Part shown: one piece after another, positions 1 through 15,131 of the stretch
Position numbering within the stretch: the first letter of the stretch is position 1
How the letters are laid out: each line of letters begins with the position of its first letter
Assembly: GCA_963805975.1 (NCBI GenBank)
Contig: CAWDVR010000005.1
Coordinates: 96,001-160,000 of the forward strand
Source: an uncultured Acidobacteriota bacterium
GTDB taxonomy: Bacteria; Acidobacteriota; Thermoanaerobaculia; Multivoradales; SZUA-115
Direction of reading: 5' to 3'
Length of the DNA stretch: 64,000 nucleotides
Position numbers and translations under genes: made by a program
The notes under the pieces: model-generated
What the model was told of the DNA's origin: nothing
The model's database searches: none
What the model saw: the letters and a program-made list of their open reading frames with translations, nothing else

Positions 1-958
1 CTGGTGCCCGGGCGAGGTGGTGCGCGCCGGCAGGGTGGCGGTGCAGGCCAAGAAGCTGGTCGAGATCATCCGCGCCGTCGAGGGCGAGGAAGTGCTGCTC
101 TCCGAGGAGGAGCCGCAAACGCTTTCCATCCGCGCCCGCGCTTCGCGGTTCAAGATTCGGGGTATGAACCCGGAGGACTTTCCCACCCTGCCGCAGGTCG
201 CGGAAGGGGTGACCTTCGAGATGTCCTCACCCGAGTTCCGCCGCATGATCGCCAAGGTGCTGTTCGCGGTCTCGGCCGAGGAATCGCGGTTCCAGTTGAA
301 CGGCGCCTTGATGAAGGTGAAAGAGAAGTCGCTCGAGATGGTGGCGACCGACGGCCACCGCCTGGCGCTGGTCGAGAACGTGGCCGCCAAGGCCTCCGAG
401 GGCCAGGATCAGGACGGAGCGCCGCGGGATGGCGTGCTGGTGCCGCGCAAGGCGCTGCAGGAGCTGCTGCGCTTCGAGGGCGACAGCGCCCTCGCCTACC
501 GCCACGGCCAGCATCACCTTTCCTTCCGTGTCGGCCGGCGCGAGCTGGTGTGCCGCATCCTCGAGGGCTCGTTCCCGGACTACGAGCGGGTGATCGCCAA
601 GGAGAACCCGCACGCGGCCTCGTTCGAGCGCCGCCAGTTGATGGATGCCGTGCGCCGTGTGGCGCTCCTGACCGGAGACCGTGCGCGCTCGGTGCGCCTC
701 CACTTCGAGACCGACCAACTGACGATCTCGGCCGCCAACCCCGACTTGGGCGAGGCCGTCGAGGAGCTCGCCTGTGAGTACGCCGGGGACGAGATCAAGC
801 TCGGCATGAACCCGGACTACCTGACGGAGTTCCTGACCGCGGTCGAGACCGACCGCGTCCGCCTGCAGTTGAAGGACGAGAACACGCAGGCCGTGGGCTA
901 TCCGCTCGACGGTCCGGACGAGCGCTACCTCTGCGTCATCATGCCGATGCGGATCTAG
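1..958 (+). CDS. dnaN: DNA polymerase III beta sliding clamp, 5' truncated by window edge
   Basis: Motifs VATDGHRLA, VPRKAL, LEGSFPDY, C-terminal YLCVIMPMRI; lies upstream of recF-gyrB. Confidence 0.97.
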   Translation, partial: WCPGEVVRAGRVAVQAKKLVEIIRAVEGEEVLLSEEEPQTLSIRARASRFKIRGMNPEDFPTLPQVAEGVTFEMSSPEFRRMIAKVLFAVSAEESRFQLNGALMKVKEKSLEMVATDGHRLALVENVAAKASEGQDQDGAPRDGVLVPRKALQELLRFEGDSALAYRHGQHHLSFRVGRRELVCRILEGSFPDYERVIAKENPHAASFERRQLMDAVRRVALLTGDRARSVRLHFETDQLTISAANPDLGEAVEELACEYAGDEIKLGMNPDYLTEFLTAVETDRVRLQLKDENTQAVGYPLDGPDERYLCVIMPMRI

Positions 959-976
959 GGAGCGTCCCGGCCCCGT

Positions 977-2038
977 TTGCTCGCCACCCTCTCTCTACGC
1001 AACTTCCGCAACCTCGATCCGCTCGACTTGGAGCTCGGGCCGGGGAGCCATCTCCTCTTGGGCGAGAACGGCGCCGGCAAGACCAGCCTGCTCGAGGCGA
1101 TCTACGTGCTCTCGACCACCAAGAGCTTCCGCGCCGCCCAGCTCGCCGACTGCCGGCGCCATGGCGAGGATGACTTCACCCTGAGCGGCGAGGTGGCGGG
1201 CGAGGTGAGGACGGCGCTCGAGGTCTCGTGGTGGCGGGGTGAGCGCCGGCGTGCCGTCAACGGCAAGCAGGCGAGCCTCGCCGATCACCTGGCGGTGCAA
1301 CCGCTGGTGGTGTGGTCGGCGGCCGACGCCGAGGCGCTTTCCGGCGAGCCACGCCTGCGCCGACGGCTGCTCGACCGCGGTGTCGTGAGCCTCAAGCCGG
1401 CCACTCTCGCGGCGCTCGCCCGCTACCGCCACGCGCTGGTGCAGAAGCGGAGCGCCCTCCTCTCCCAGGGCGCCGATCTCGCGGCCTGGGACCAGATCCT
1501 GGCGCAGGCGGCGGCGGAGATCATCGCGCTCCGGCGGCGCTACTTCGAGCGCCTCGCGGTAGCTGCCGCGGAGGTGATCGCGGCCTCCGGCCTGCCGCTG
1601 GCCGCGGTCGAGCTGGTCTACCGGCCCTCGCCCGCCGCCGGCGCCGAGGGCGAGGCCGCCGTGATGGCGGCCCTGGAGCGGGCCCGCGCCGAAGAGCGGC
1701 GTCGAGGCCTGGCCCTGGTCGGGCCGCACCGCGACGACCTCGAGATTCGCCTGGGCGGCCATCCCGTGCGGCGGGTGGCGTCGGCGGGCGAGCGCCGCGC
1801 CCTGGGGCTGATGCTCGCGGCTGCCCACGGAAGGGTGCTCGAGGAGTCGGGCCGGCCGCCGGTCTACCTGCTCGACGATGCCGACGCCGAGCTCTCCCGC
1901 GACACGTTGCGGAGCGTCTGGAGAGCCTTTGGGGGAGACCGACAGGCCGTGGTCACATCGAGCCGCCCCGCGGCCTGGAAAGACCTCTCGCTGGGCCGCC
2001 GGTGGCAGGTCTCCGGCGGCCGTTTGGAGGCCTCCTGA
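977..2038 (+). CDS. recF: DNA replication/repair protein RecF
   Basis: NFRN, Walker A GENGAGKTS, GPHRDDL, LLDD; dnaN-recF-gyrB synteny. Confidence 0.95.
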   Translation: MLATLSLRNFRNLDPLDLELGPGSHLLLGENGAGKTSLLEAIYVLSTTKSFRAAQLADCRRHGEDDFTLSGEVAGEVRTALEVSWWRGERRRAVNGKQASLADHLAVQPLVVWSAADAEALSGEPRLRRRLLDRGVVSLKPATLAALARYRHALVQKRSALLSQGADLAAWDQILAQAAAEIIALRRRYFERLAVAAAEVIAASGLPLAAVELVYRPSPAAGAEGEAAVMAALERARAEERRRGLALVGPHRDDLEIRLGGHPVRRVASAGERRALGLMLAAAHGRVLEESGRPPVYLLDDADAELSRDTLRSVWRAFGGDRQAVVTSSRPAAWKDLSLGRRWQVSGGRLEAS

Positions 2039-2081
2039 GAAGGCCCCGGCCGGTGCCCACAAAGCCTTTGTTTTTAGATAG

Positions 2082-4628
<2,547 letters not shown>

Positions 4629-4713
4629 GAGCCGCGGCGGGGAGCGCTCCCGCCGCGAGCGCCGGCCGGCCGCCGGCACAACGCAGTGAGAACCGAGGAA
4701 AGACGAAAAACGG

Positions 4714-7251
<2,538 letters not shown>

Positions 7252-7264
7252 GAGGAAAACAACG

Positions 7265-7924
7265 ATGGACTTTTTTCTCGACACCGCAGAGATGGACGAG
7301 ATCAAGACCGGCCTCGAGTGGGGGATGGTCGACGGCATCACCACCAACCCCAGTCTGATCGCCAAGGCCGGCAGGCCCTACCTCGCCACCGTGCGCGAAG
7401 TGGCAGAGCTGGTGGGCGATCGCCCGGTCTCCGGCGAGGTGCTGGCCACGGACTACGAGGGCATCCTCGCCCAGGGCCGCAGGCTCGCCGGTCTGGCGCC
7501 CAACGTGGTGGTCAAGGTGCCTCTCCTGCCCACCGGGCTCCGCGCCGTCGGCACCTTCCGGGAGGAGGGCATCAAGACCAACGTCACCCTCTGCTTCTCC
7601 GCCAACCAGGCTCTCCTCGCCGCCAAGGCCGGTGCCACCTACATCTCGCCCTTTGTCGGCCGCCTGGACGACGTCGGCCACGACGGAATGCAGTTGATCG
7701 AGGAGATCGTCACGCTGTACCAGAACTACGGCTTCGAGACCCGGGTGCTGGTGGCCTCCGTGCGCTCCCCCACCCACGTCACCCGCGCGGCGGTCCTGGG
7801 AGCCGACGTCGCCACCATCCCGTTCAAGGTGCTGGCCCAGCTCTACAAGCACCCGCTCTCGGACGCCGGCCTCGACCTCTTCCTCTCCGACTGGAAGAAG
7901 ACGGGAAAGGGCTTCGAAGATTAG
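7265..7924 (+). CDS. tal: Transaldolase / fructose-6-phosphate aldolase family
   Basis: [37 protein letters not shown]; ATG 7265 with GAGG SD. Confidence 0.92.
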   Translation: MDFFLDTAEMDEIKTGLEWGMVDGITTNPSLIAKAGRPYLATVREVAELVGDRPVSGEVLATDYEGILAQGRRLAGLAPNVVVKVPLLPTGLRAVGTFREEGIKTNVTLCFSANQALLAAKAGATYISPFVGRLDDVGHDGMQLIEEIVTLYQNYGFETRVLVASVRSPTHVTRAAVLGADVATIPFKVLAQLYKHPLSDAGLDLFLSDWKKTGKGFED

Positions 7925-7973
7925 CCAGCCGGTCATTCCCGGGTTCTACCGTCTGGCCTGGGGTTTCTACCTG

Positions 7974-8480
7974 GTGCTCGCCATCGTCGGCGGCGTCTGG
8001 GTGAGCGCCCGCGAGGGCAGCCTCGCCGCCGCGCTCTTCCTCGATCCGCAGCGCTGGTGGCTCGACCTGGCCGCGGGGATATCGGCCGGCGCCGTGCTCC
8101 TGGGGGTGTGGCGTCTGCTCAAGGCTCTTCTGCCGGCGGGCGACATCCTCGAGCAGCACTTCGCCGGCCTCCTCGCCGGCCTGGAGCCCGGCCACGCGGT
8201 GGCGCTCGCCGGGCTCTCGGGCTTCGCCGAGGAGCTCTTCTTCCGCGGCGCCGTCCAGGGCCAGTGGGGCCTCCTCGCCGGGAGCCTCCTTTTCGGCCTG
8301 CTGCACACCGGGCCCGGAGCGCCCTTCCGCCTCTGGACCCTCTTCGCCACCCTCGCCGGCCTCACCCTCGGGGGCCTCGCCTTGTGGAGCGGTAACCTTC
8401 TGGCTCCGATCGTCGCCCATTTCGTTCTCAACGCGGTGAACCTCCGCCGTCTGGCCGGGGCGGAGCACGGCACCGCCTGA
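7974..8480 (+). CDS. CPBP (Abi/CAAX) intramembrane glutamic endopeptidase; true start may be upstream
   Basis: EELFFRG, FGLLH, AHFVLN motifs; hydrophobic. Confidence 0.85.
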   Translation: MLAIVGGVWVSAREGSLAAALFLDPQRWWLDLAAGISAGAVLLGVWRLLKALLPAGDILEQHFAGLLAGLEPGHAVALAGLSGFAEELFFRGAVQGQWGLLAGSLLFGLLHTGPGAPFRLWTLFATLAGLTLGGLALWSGNLLAPIVAHFVLNAVNLRRLAGAEHGTA

Positions 8481-8580
8481 GGCTCGCCGCGCCCAGCGCT
8501 CTGCTAGACTGACGCCCCCCGGCGCGCTAGCGCAGGTGCGTATGGACGCACAAGCTTACGGGAGGCATGGGAGGGTTCGG

Positions 8581-9978
8581 ATGGCGACGGCTACAGAAGA
8601 CGTGCTCGCGCGCATCGACCGCGAGAAGGCCGGTTATCTCGAGGAGCTCAAGGAGTACCTGCGGATCCCGTCGATCTCGACCGATCCGGCGTATGCGGGC
8701 GAGGTGCGGCGGGCGAGCGACTTCGTGCTCGAGCGCATGAAAGAGGCCGGCCTCACCGCCGAGCGGATCGAGACCGCCGGTCACCCGCTGATCTACGCCG
8801 AATGGCTCGGCGCCCCCGGCAAGCCGACCCTCCTCTTCTACGGCCACTACGACGTGCAGCCGGCCGATCCGTTGGAGCTGTGGAAACACCCTCCCTTCGA
8901 GCCCACGGTCGAGGGTGACCTGCTCTTCGCCCGCGGCGCCACGGATGACAAGGGCCAGTCCTACGCCCACGTGAAAGCCGTCGCCGCCATGCTCGCCGAG
9001 CGCGGCGCCCTGCCGGTCAACGTCAAGTTCCTGCTCGAGGGCGAGGAAGAAGCCGGCGGCGCGGCGATCGACATCTTCGTCAAGGAGGATGCCGGAAGGC
9101 GTCTGGCGTGCGACTTGGTGGTGGTCTCCGACAGCTCGATGTACGCGCCTGGCCAGCCCTCGCTCCTCTACGGCTTGAAGGGCCTCTGCTACATGGAGCT
9201 CAAGGTCACGGGCCCGAACCGCGACCTCCATTCCGGCACCTTCGGCGGCGCGGTCGCCAACCCCGCGAACGCGCTCTGCCAGATCATCGCCCGGCTCCGC
9301 GACCCGGAGACCGGCCGCATCCAGATCCCCGGCTTCTACGAAGACGCGCGCACCCTCGAGTCCTGGGAGCGCGAGGAGTTCGCCCGCCTGCCCTTCGACG
9401 AGGAGGAGTACAAGCACGGCCTCGGCATCGAGGCGGTCTTCGGCGAGGAGTACTACACCACCCTCGAGCGGAGCTGGGCACGGCCCACCTGCGACGTCAA
9501 TGGCATCTACGGCGGCTACCAGGGCGCCGGCGCCAAGACCGTGCTGCCCTCGTGGGCCGGCGCCAAGGTCTCCATGCGCCTGGTCCCGGACCAGACCCCG
9601 GCCAAGATCGCCGAGCGCTTCACCCGCTTCGTTCAAGAGGTGAAGCCACCCGGCGTCACCGTCGAGGTGCAGTATCTCCACGGCGCCGAGGCGGTGCTGA
9701 TCGACACCAGCGGCCCGCTGGTCGACGCCGCGATGCAGGCCCTCGAGGACGTCTGGGGCAAGCGCCCGGTGCGGGTGCGCGAGGGGGGCTCGATCCCCAT
9801 CGTCTCCACCTTCGGCCGCGTGCTCAGGGTGCCGGTGGCGCTGATGGGCTTCGGGCTTTCCGACGACAATCTCCATTCGCCGAACGAGAAGTTCAACCTG
9901 AGCCACTTCTACAACGGGGTTCGCACGGTGGCCCGCCTGCTCGATCTGGCGGCGGAGGAGAGTGCGGGAAGAGCATGA
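8581..9978 (+). CDS. M20/DapE family dipeptidase
   Basis: YGHYDVQP, RGATDDKGQ, EGEEE, DLHSG, HSPNEK. Confidence 0.92.
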   Translation: MATATEDVLARIDREKAGYLEELKEYLRIPSISTDPAYAGEVRRASDFVLERMKEAGLTAERIETAGHPLIYAEWLGAPGKPTLLFYGHYDVQPADPLELWKHPPFEPTVEGDLLFARGATDDKGQSYAHVKAVAAMLAERGALPVNVKFLLEGEEEAGGAAIDIFVKEDAGRRLACDLVVVSDSSMYAPGQPSLLYGLKGLCYMELKVTGPNRDLHSGTFGGAVANPANALCQIIARLRDPETGRIQIPGFYEDARTLESWEREEFARLPFDEEEYKHGLGIEAVFGEEYYTTLERSWARPTCDVNGIYGGYQGAGAKTVLPSWAGAKVSMRLVPDQTPAKIAERFTRFVQEVKPPGVTVEVQYLHGAEAVLIDTSGPLVDAAMQALEDVWGKRPVRVREGGSIPIVSTFGRVLRVPVALMGFGLSDDNLHSPNEKFNLSHFYNGVRTVARLLDLAAEESAGRA

Positions 9979-10541
9979 GCACCAGGGATAGCTACGAGCG
10001 AGAGATCAAGTTCAGAGACGTCGAGCATGCGCGGCTCCGAGACCGATTGATGGACCTCGAGGCCGAGCGCCGCGCGCCCGCCTCCTTCGAGGACAACTGG
10101 CTGCTCGACAAGGACCGCGAGCTCGAGTCCGCCGACTGCCTGCTGCGCCTGCGGATCGACGGCCGCGGCGCCGCGCTGACCTTCAAGGGGCCGGCCCACT
10201 TCGAGGGCCGCATGAAGCTGCGCGAGGAGCACGAGACCGCGGTCGACAACCCCGAGGCGGCCCGTACTCTCCTCGAGCGGCTGGGCTTCAACGCCGTGCG
10301 CCGCTACCAGAAAGTGCGCGAGGAGTGGCAGATCGGAGGGGTGACCATCGCCCTCGACCACACGCCGATCGGCGACTTCGCGGAGTTCGAGGGGGAGGGG
10401 GCGGACACCGTGGCGCGGCGCTGCGGCTTCGACCTCGACAAGGCCGAGCGGCGGACCTACATGCGCCTCTACGACGAGTACTTCCGCGAGCACCCGGACG
10501 CCCCGCCGGACATGGTGTTCCCCGAAGAGGCCCCGCGCTAG
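9975..10541 (+). CDS. CYTH domain (class IV adenylate cyclase-like) protein
   Basis: N-terminal EREIK, LRLR, LTFKGP, REEHE, YQKVRE, FAEFE; ATGA overlap with upstream stop. Confidence 0.88.
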   Translation: MSTRDSYEREIKFRDVEHARLRDRLMDLEAERRAPASFEDNWLLDKDRELESADCLLRLRIDGRGAALTFKGPAHFEGRMKLREEHETAVDNPEAARTLLERLGFNAVRRYQKVREEWQIGGVTIALDHTPIGDFAEFEGEGADTVARRCGFDLDKAERRTYMRLYDEYFREHPDAPPDMVFPEEAPR

Positions 10542-10559
10542 GCGCCAGGACCCTGCATC

Positions 10560-11549
10560 GTGGCGGCCTCCCGCCTGCGCGCGCTCGTTCTGGCTGCCGG
10601 CCTGGGCACCCGCCTCCGGCCGCTGACGCTCGAGGTTCCCAAGCCGTTGCTGCCGGTCCTCGGGCGGCCGCTCGTCGCCTCGACGCTCGACCGCCTGGCG
10701 GCGCTCGGCTGCGAGCTCACGGCGCTCAACCTGCACCACCTGGGGGAGTCGATCCCCGCGGCGCTCGGCAGCGCCTACCGCGGCATGTCGCTCGTCTACT
10801 CTCGCGAGCCCGAGATCCTGGGCACTCTCGGGGCGCTGGCGCCGCTCGCGGAGCAGCTTTGCGAAGCGGAGGTCGTGCTGATCGTCAACGGCGACAGCCT
10901 CTGCGAGTGGCCGCTCGCGGAGCTCGCGACCGACCATCGGGAGAGCGGCGCCGCGGCCACTCTCCTGCTGTCGGAGAGCGCGGACCCCGCGGCCTTCGGC
11001 GGTGGGGTGGGCCTCACCGCGGACGGGCGGATCGTCAGCTTCCGGCCGGGGGGCACGGAACGGGAGCCGCCGGCACGACGCCTGGTCTTTGCCGGCGCCC
11101 ACGCCCTCTCGCCGGCGCTCCTCTCCCGGGCGCCGTCCCGTCCCGCCGACATCGTGCGCGAGCTCTACGAGCCGCTCCTCGCCGAGGGCGGCCTGATCCG
11201 CGGCCTGCCCACCGCCCGGAGCTGGCACGACCTCGGCACGCCGCGCCGCTACCTCGAGGCGGTGCTCGGCCGGCTCGAAGCGGAGCGCGAGCGCCAGTGG
11301 GTCGCGGCCGACGCCCGGGTCGAGAGCTCGGCGTATCTAGAGAGAAGCGTGGTCGAGACCGGCGCCACGGTAGAAGCCGGCGCCCGGCTCTCCCGCTCGC
11401 TCGTCCTGCCGGGGGCCCGCGTGGGCCGCGGCGCGCGGGTCGCCGGCTCGATCCTCGGCTTCGGCGTCGAGGTGCCGGCGGGCGCCACCGTCGAGGACGA
11501 GCTGCTGGCCGGCCGCGGCGAGGCCCTCGACCGCCGCCCGATCGGCTGA
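10560..11549 (+). CDS. NDP-sugar synthase / nucleotidyltransferase
   Basis: LAAGLGTRLRPLT..PKPL, NGD, WHDLGTP, C-terminal hexapeptide-like repeats. Confidence 0.88.
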   Translation: MAASRLRALVLAAGLGTRLRPLTLEVPKPLLPVLGRPLVASTLDRLAALGCELTALNLHHLGESIPAALGSAYRGMSLVYSREPEILGTLGALAPLAEQLCEAEVVLIVNGDSLCEWPLAELATDHRESGAAATLLLSESADPAAFGGGVGLTADGRIVSFRPGGTEREPPARRLVFAGAHALSPALLSRAPSRPADIVRELYEPLLAEGGLIRGLPTARSWHDLGTPRRYLEAVLGRLEAERERQWVAADARVESSAYLERSVVETGATVEAGARLSRSLVLPGARVGRGARVAGSILGFGVEVPAGATVEDELLAGRGEALDRRPIG

Positions 11550-11600
11550 GATAGGATTCGCGGGTCCGTAGCCGCCACAAGACCCCCCGAGAGATCGACC

Positions 11601-12272
11601 GTGCCAGGCCGCCCCTTCGACCTTCTGGTCTTCGACTGGGACGGCACGCTGATGGACTCCGTGGCCTCGATCGTCGGCTGCATGCAGCAGGCGGCGTTCG
11701 ACCTCGGGCTCCCTCCCGTGGACGAGGCGACGGCCCGCCACACCATAGGCATGGACCTGCGCCAGGCGATGCGGGACCTCGGCTTCGCGGGTGACGAGCT
11801 GCTCTGGGACCGGCTCGTCGAGCGCTACCGCCACCACTGGACGACGACTTTCCACGACCGCCACCAGCTCTTCGACGGCGTCGCCGCGATGCTCGACGCG
11901 TTGGCCGACCGCGGCTACCTGCTGGCGGTCGCCACCGGCAAGAGCCGCCGCGGCCTCGACCGCGACCTCGCGTCGACCGGCCTGGCCCACCGCTTCCAGG
12001 CCACGCGCACGGCCGACGAGGCCAGCTCCAAGCCCCATCCGCAGATGCTCTTCGATCTGCTGGGGAAGCTCGGCGTGCCGGCGCACGGCGCGCTGGTCAT
12101 CGGCGATACGACCTTCGACCTCGACATGGCCACCAACGCCGGCTCTCCCGCGGTGGCGATCGCGAGCGGCTCGCACCCGGTCGCCGAGCTTTGCCAGGCA
12201 CGGCCCCTCGCCTGTCTCGACCACATCAGTCACCTCCTGCCCTGGCTGGAAGAACGGAGCCTCGCACCATGA
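11601..12272 (+). CDS. HAD-IA family phosphatase
   Basis: FDWDGTLMDS, ATGK, SKPHP, IGDTTFD. Confidence 0.9.
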   Translation: MPGRPFDLLVFDWDGTLMDSVASIVGCMQQAAFDLGLPPVDEATARHTIGMDLRQAMRDLGFAGDELLWDRLVERYRHHWTTTFHDRHQLFDGVAAMLDALADRGYLLAVATGKSRRGLDRDLASTGLAHRFQATRTADEASSKPHPQMLFDLLGKLGVPAHGALVIGDTTFDLDMATNAGSPAVAIASGSHPVAELCQARPLACLDHISHLLPWLEERSLAP

Positions 12273-13378
12273 GCACTCAGGACGACCTGACCGCAAGCCT
12301 GGCGCGCTGGGACGGCATCGGCATCGTGGTTCGCCACGACCCGGCGACCGGCGCCTGGATCTTCATCGCGCTCCACGACGACACGCTGGGGCCGCCGACC
12401 GGCGGTACGCGCATGAAGGTCTATTCCTCGCCCGGCCAAGCGCTCGAGGACGCCAAGCGCCTGGCCGCGGGCATGACCGCGAAGTTCGCGGCGATCGAGT
12501 TTCCGTTCGGCGGCGCCAAGGCGGTGCTCGCGGTGCCGCGACCGCTCGTGGGCGCGGAGCGCCGCGGCCTGCTCGCCCGCTACGGCCGCCTCATCGCCGC
12601 GCTCCACGGCGGCTTCGGCACCGGCCCGGACCTCGGCACCACGGCCGAGGACATGCAGGAGATCGCCGCCGCCGCCGGCCCCTACGTCCACGGCTTCGAC
12701 CCCGCGACCGGCCGGCTGACCAACGCCGGCCCCTATACGGCGCGCGGCGTCTTCGCCGCCATCCTCGCCGCTCTGAGGCACCGCTTCGGCAGCGACGAGC
12801 TGGCCGGCCGCAGGATCCTGATCGAGGGCGTGGGGGCGGTGGGCGTGCCGCTCGCCCGCCAGCTCGCCGCCGGCGGCGCCGAGCTGCTGCTGGCCGACCT
12901 CGATCGCGCCGCCGCCGACCGGCTGGCGGGCGAGACCGGCGGCCGGGTGATCGCCACCGAGGCCGTCTCGGGCACGGCGTGCGACGTGTACGCGCCCTGC
13001 GCGGTGGGCGCCACGCTCAGCGCCCGCACCATCCCGCTCCTCGCCTGCGCCATCGTCGCCGGCTCGGCCAACAACCAGCTCGAGGAGGAAGCCGACGCCC
13101 TCCGCCTGCACGCGCGCGGCATCCTCTACGCTCCCGACTACGTGGCCAACGCCGGCGGCGCCATCGGCTTCGGCATGCTCGGCCGCGGCGCATCGGAAAC
13201 CGAGATCGAGGCGCGCCTGGCCGGGGTCGGTGACAGCCTGACGGAGATCTTCGCCGAGGCGGCAGAGCGCCAGGAGACGCCGCTCCTGGCGGCGGCGCGC
13301 CGGGTCGAGCGGGTGCTGGCCCAGGCACGGGCGAAGCGTGAAGCGCGGGCCGAGCAGGAGGCGCCGGTGGCCGTGTGA
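12269..13378 (+). CDS. Leu/Phe/Val amino acid dehydrogenase
   Basis: GGTRM, MTAK, GGAKAV, GPDLGT, GVGAVG, GSANNQL, PDYVANAGG. Confidence 0.9.
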   Translation: MSTQDDLTASLARWDGIGIVVRHDPATGAWIFIALHDDTLGPPTGGTRMKVYSSPGQALEDAKRLAAGMTAKFAAIEFPFGGAKAVLAVPRPLVGAERRGLLARYGRLIAALHGGFGTGPDLGTTAEDMQEIAAAAGPYVHGFDPATGRLTNAGPYTARGVFAAILAALRHRFGSDELAGRRILIEGVGAVGVPLARQLAAGGAELLLADLDRAAADRLAGETGGRVIATEAVSGTACDVYAPCAVGATLSARTIPLLACAIVAGSANNQLEEEADALRLHARGILYAPDYVANAGGAIGFGMLGRGASETEIEARLAGVGDSLTEIFAEAAERQETPLLAAARRVERVLAQARAKREARAEQEAPVAV

Positions 13379-13382
13379 GCGC

Positions 13383-13904
13383 TCAGCCCGCGCGCACGAT
13401 GCCGTAGACGAGAAGGTCCAGAACCGCGCCGTTCTTGACCGCGGCGCGGAGCATCCGCCCCTCGTAGCGGTAGCCGGCCTTTTCCAGCACCCGAGCCGAG
13501 GCCGGGTTGGTGTCGAAGACCCAGGCGCCGAGGCGCAGCAGATCGAAGCTCTCGAAGGCGTAGGCGGTCATCGCCGCCACGGCGCGAGTGGCGATGCCGC
13601 GGCCCCAGAACGGCTCGCCCAGCCAGTAGCCGATCTCGGCGCTCTTGCGGTGGATGTCCTCGCCCGGGATGATGCCGATGCCGCCGATCGCCTCCGTCGC
13701 GGAGGCAATGGCGAAGTTCACGATCGGCTCTTTCTGGTCGCTGGCGCGGTCGACCCACTCGCGCGCGGCGGCCGGCGTGTAGGGATGGGGAAAGCGGTCC
13801 CGCAGGTTGGCCGCCACCCGCGGATCGTTGGCGTACTTCACCAGCGCCGGCTCGTCCCCCCGCCGCCAGGCGCGAAGGCAGTGATCGCCGAAGGGGATTT
13901 CCAT
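13383..13904 (-). CDS. GNAT N-acetyltransferase, RimJ/RimL type
   Basis: MEIPFGDHCLR start; FPHPYT, EIGYWLGEPFWGRG, NPASARVLEKAG. Confidence 0.9.
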   Translation of the reverse strand: MEIPFGDHCLRAWRRGDEPALVKYANDPRVAANLRDRFPHPYTPAAAREWVDRASDQKEPIVNFAIASATEAIGGIGIIPGEDIHRKSAEIGYWLGEPFWGRGIATRAVAAMTAYAFESFDLLRLGAWVFDTNPASARVLEKAGYRYEGRMLRAAVKNGAVLDLLVYGIVRAG

Positions 13905-13906
13905 TC

Positions 13907-15103
13907 TCACTCCGCGAGCGCGCCGAACACTTCTCCTACCTGCTCCCAGCCGACGCGCATCAGGAAGGTGTTGTTGCGGCCGTAGGACTTGCTGCCGAGG
14001 ATGAAGAAGCCGGGCTCGGGGTTGGCGAGCGTGTCCGCGCCGTGGCTGGTTTGCGCCAGGCAGTCGCCGCCATCTGCTGCGCCCAGGAGCGCGGCCGAGA
14101 GCTTCATGGGCGCGGCGAAGGCGTAGCACTCGTGGACCTGGAGCTGGCGGTAGAGGGAGGAGTCGCCGACCGAGCCGGTCAGCGAGAGGACGCGGTCCAC
14201 CACCACCGTGGAGGTGCCGCCCTCCGCGAGGCGCAGCGTCACCCGGATCTTGTCTCCCTCGCGCTCCAGGCTCTCGACGGCCGCGGAGCGGTGCATCTCG
14301 ACGGCGGGCGAGGCACCCGCCACGAGCTCCCCGGAGCGTCGCGCGAGACCCGCGCGCTCGGGGAGCGGATCGTCCTCCGCCGTGCCCCGGCACGGGTCGC
14401 CTTCGCGCACCGCCCACACGACGCGGGTGCCCGGCTCCCGGGTCGCCAGCTCCGCCAGGTCGCGCGCCGCGGTCTGCGCCGAGTGGCCGGCTCCGGCCAG
14501 GAGGACGGTCCTGCCCGCGAAGTCGCCGGCCTCTCGCGACAGGTCCGGGATGCGGCGGCCGATCCGCTCGCCGAGGCTCGTCTCGCCGGGGGCCGGGATG
14601 CCGCCGTCGCCCAAGCTGTTGGGCACGCCGTAGGAGCCCGTGCAATCGAGAACGACATCGGCCTCCTCGATCTGCTCCCGGCCGTCCCGCTCGATCAGCA
14701 GCCGGAACGGGCGCCGTGCCCGCTCGGGCGAGGAGATCTCCTCGTGCTTCAAGAGCCCCCGTCTGCCGATGCCCAGGACGCGCGACGAGAACCGGAGGTG
14801 GGGCGCGATCTGCGGCAAAGCGGCGATCGCTTCGAGCAGCTCGCGGCGCAGCTCGGCGCCGGTCGGGCAGAGGTCTCCGTCCGGCACTTCGCGCCCGGCG
14901 GCCTCGAGCGCCCGGCGGGCGCGCGGCGAGACGTTCATCGACCAGGGCGTGAACAGCCGCACGTGTCCCCAGTCGGCGACGTGGACGGCGATCTCCGGGG
15001 CCGCCTCGTAGACGGCGAAGGAGTAGCCCGCCTCGGCGGCGGCGAGGGCGGCTTCGAGGCCGGTCGGGCCGGAGCCCAGGATGGCGACGTGGCGGACATT
15101 CAT
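13907..15103 (-). CDS. FAD/NAD(P)-dependent oxidoreductase (flavin monooxygenase-like)
   Basis: MNVRHVAILGSGPTG (GxGxxG), WGHVRLFTPW, second Rossmann GAGHSA, GSKSYGR. Confidence 0.85.
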   Translation of the reverse strand: MNVRHVAILGSGPTGLEAALAAAEAGYSFAVYEAAPEIAVHVADWGHVRLFTPWSMNVSPRARRALEAAGREVPDGDLCPTGAELRRELLEAIAALPQIAPHLRFSSRVLGIGRRGLLKHEEISSPERARRPFRLLIERDGREQIEEADVVLDCTGSYGVPNSLGDGGIPAPGETSLGERIGRRIPDLSREAGDFAGRTVLLAGAGHSAQTAARDLAELATREPGTRVVWAVREGDPCRGTAEDDPLPERAGLARRSGELVAGASPAVEMHRSAAVESLEREGDKIRVTLRLAEGGTSTVVVDRVLSLTGSVGDSSLYRQLQVHECYAFAAPMKLSAALLGAADGGDCLAQTSHGADTLANPEPGFFILGSKSYGRNNTFLMRVGWEQVGEVFGALAE

Positions 15104-15131
15104 CACCGGCTCTCCAGTTCGAGCAGGAAGT

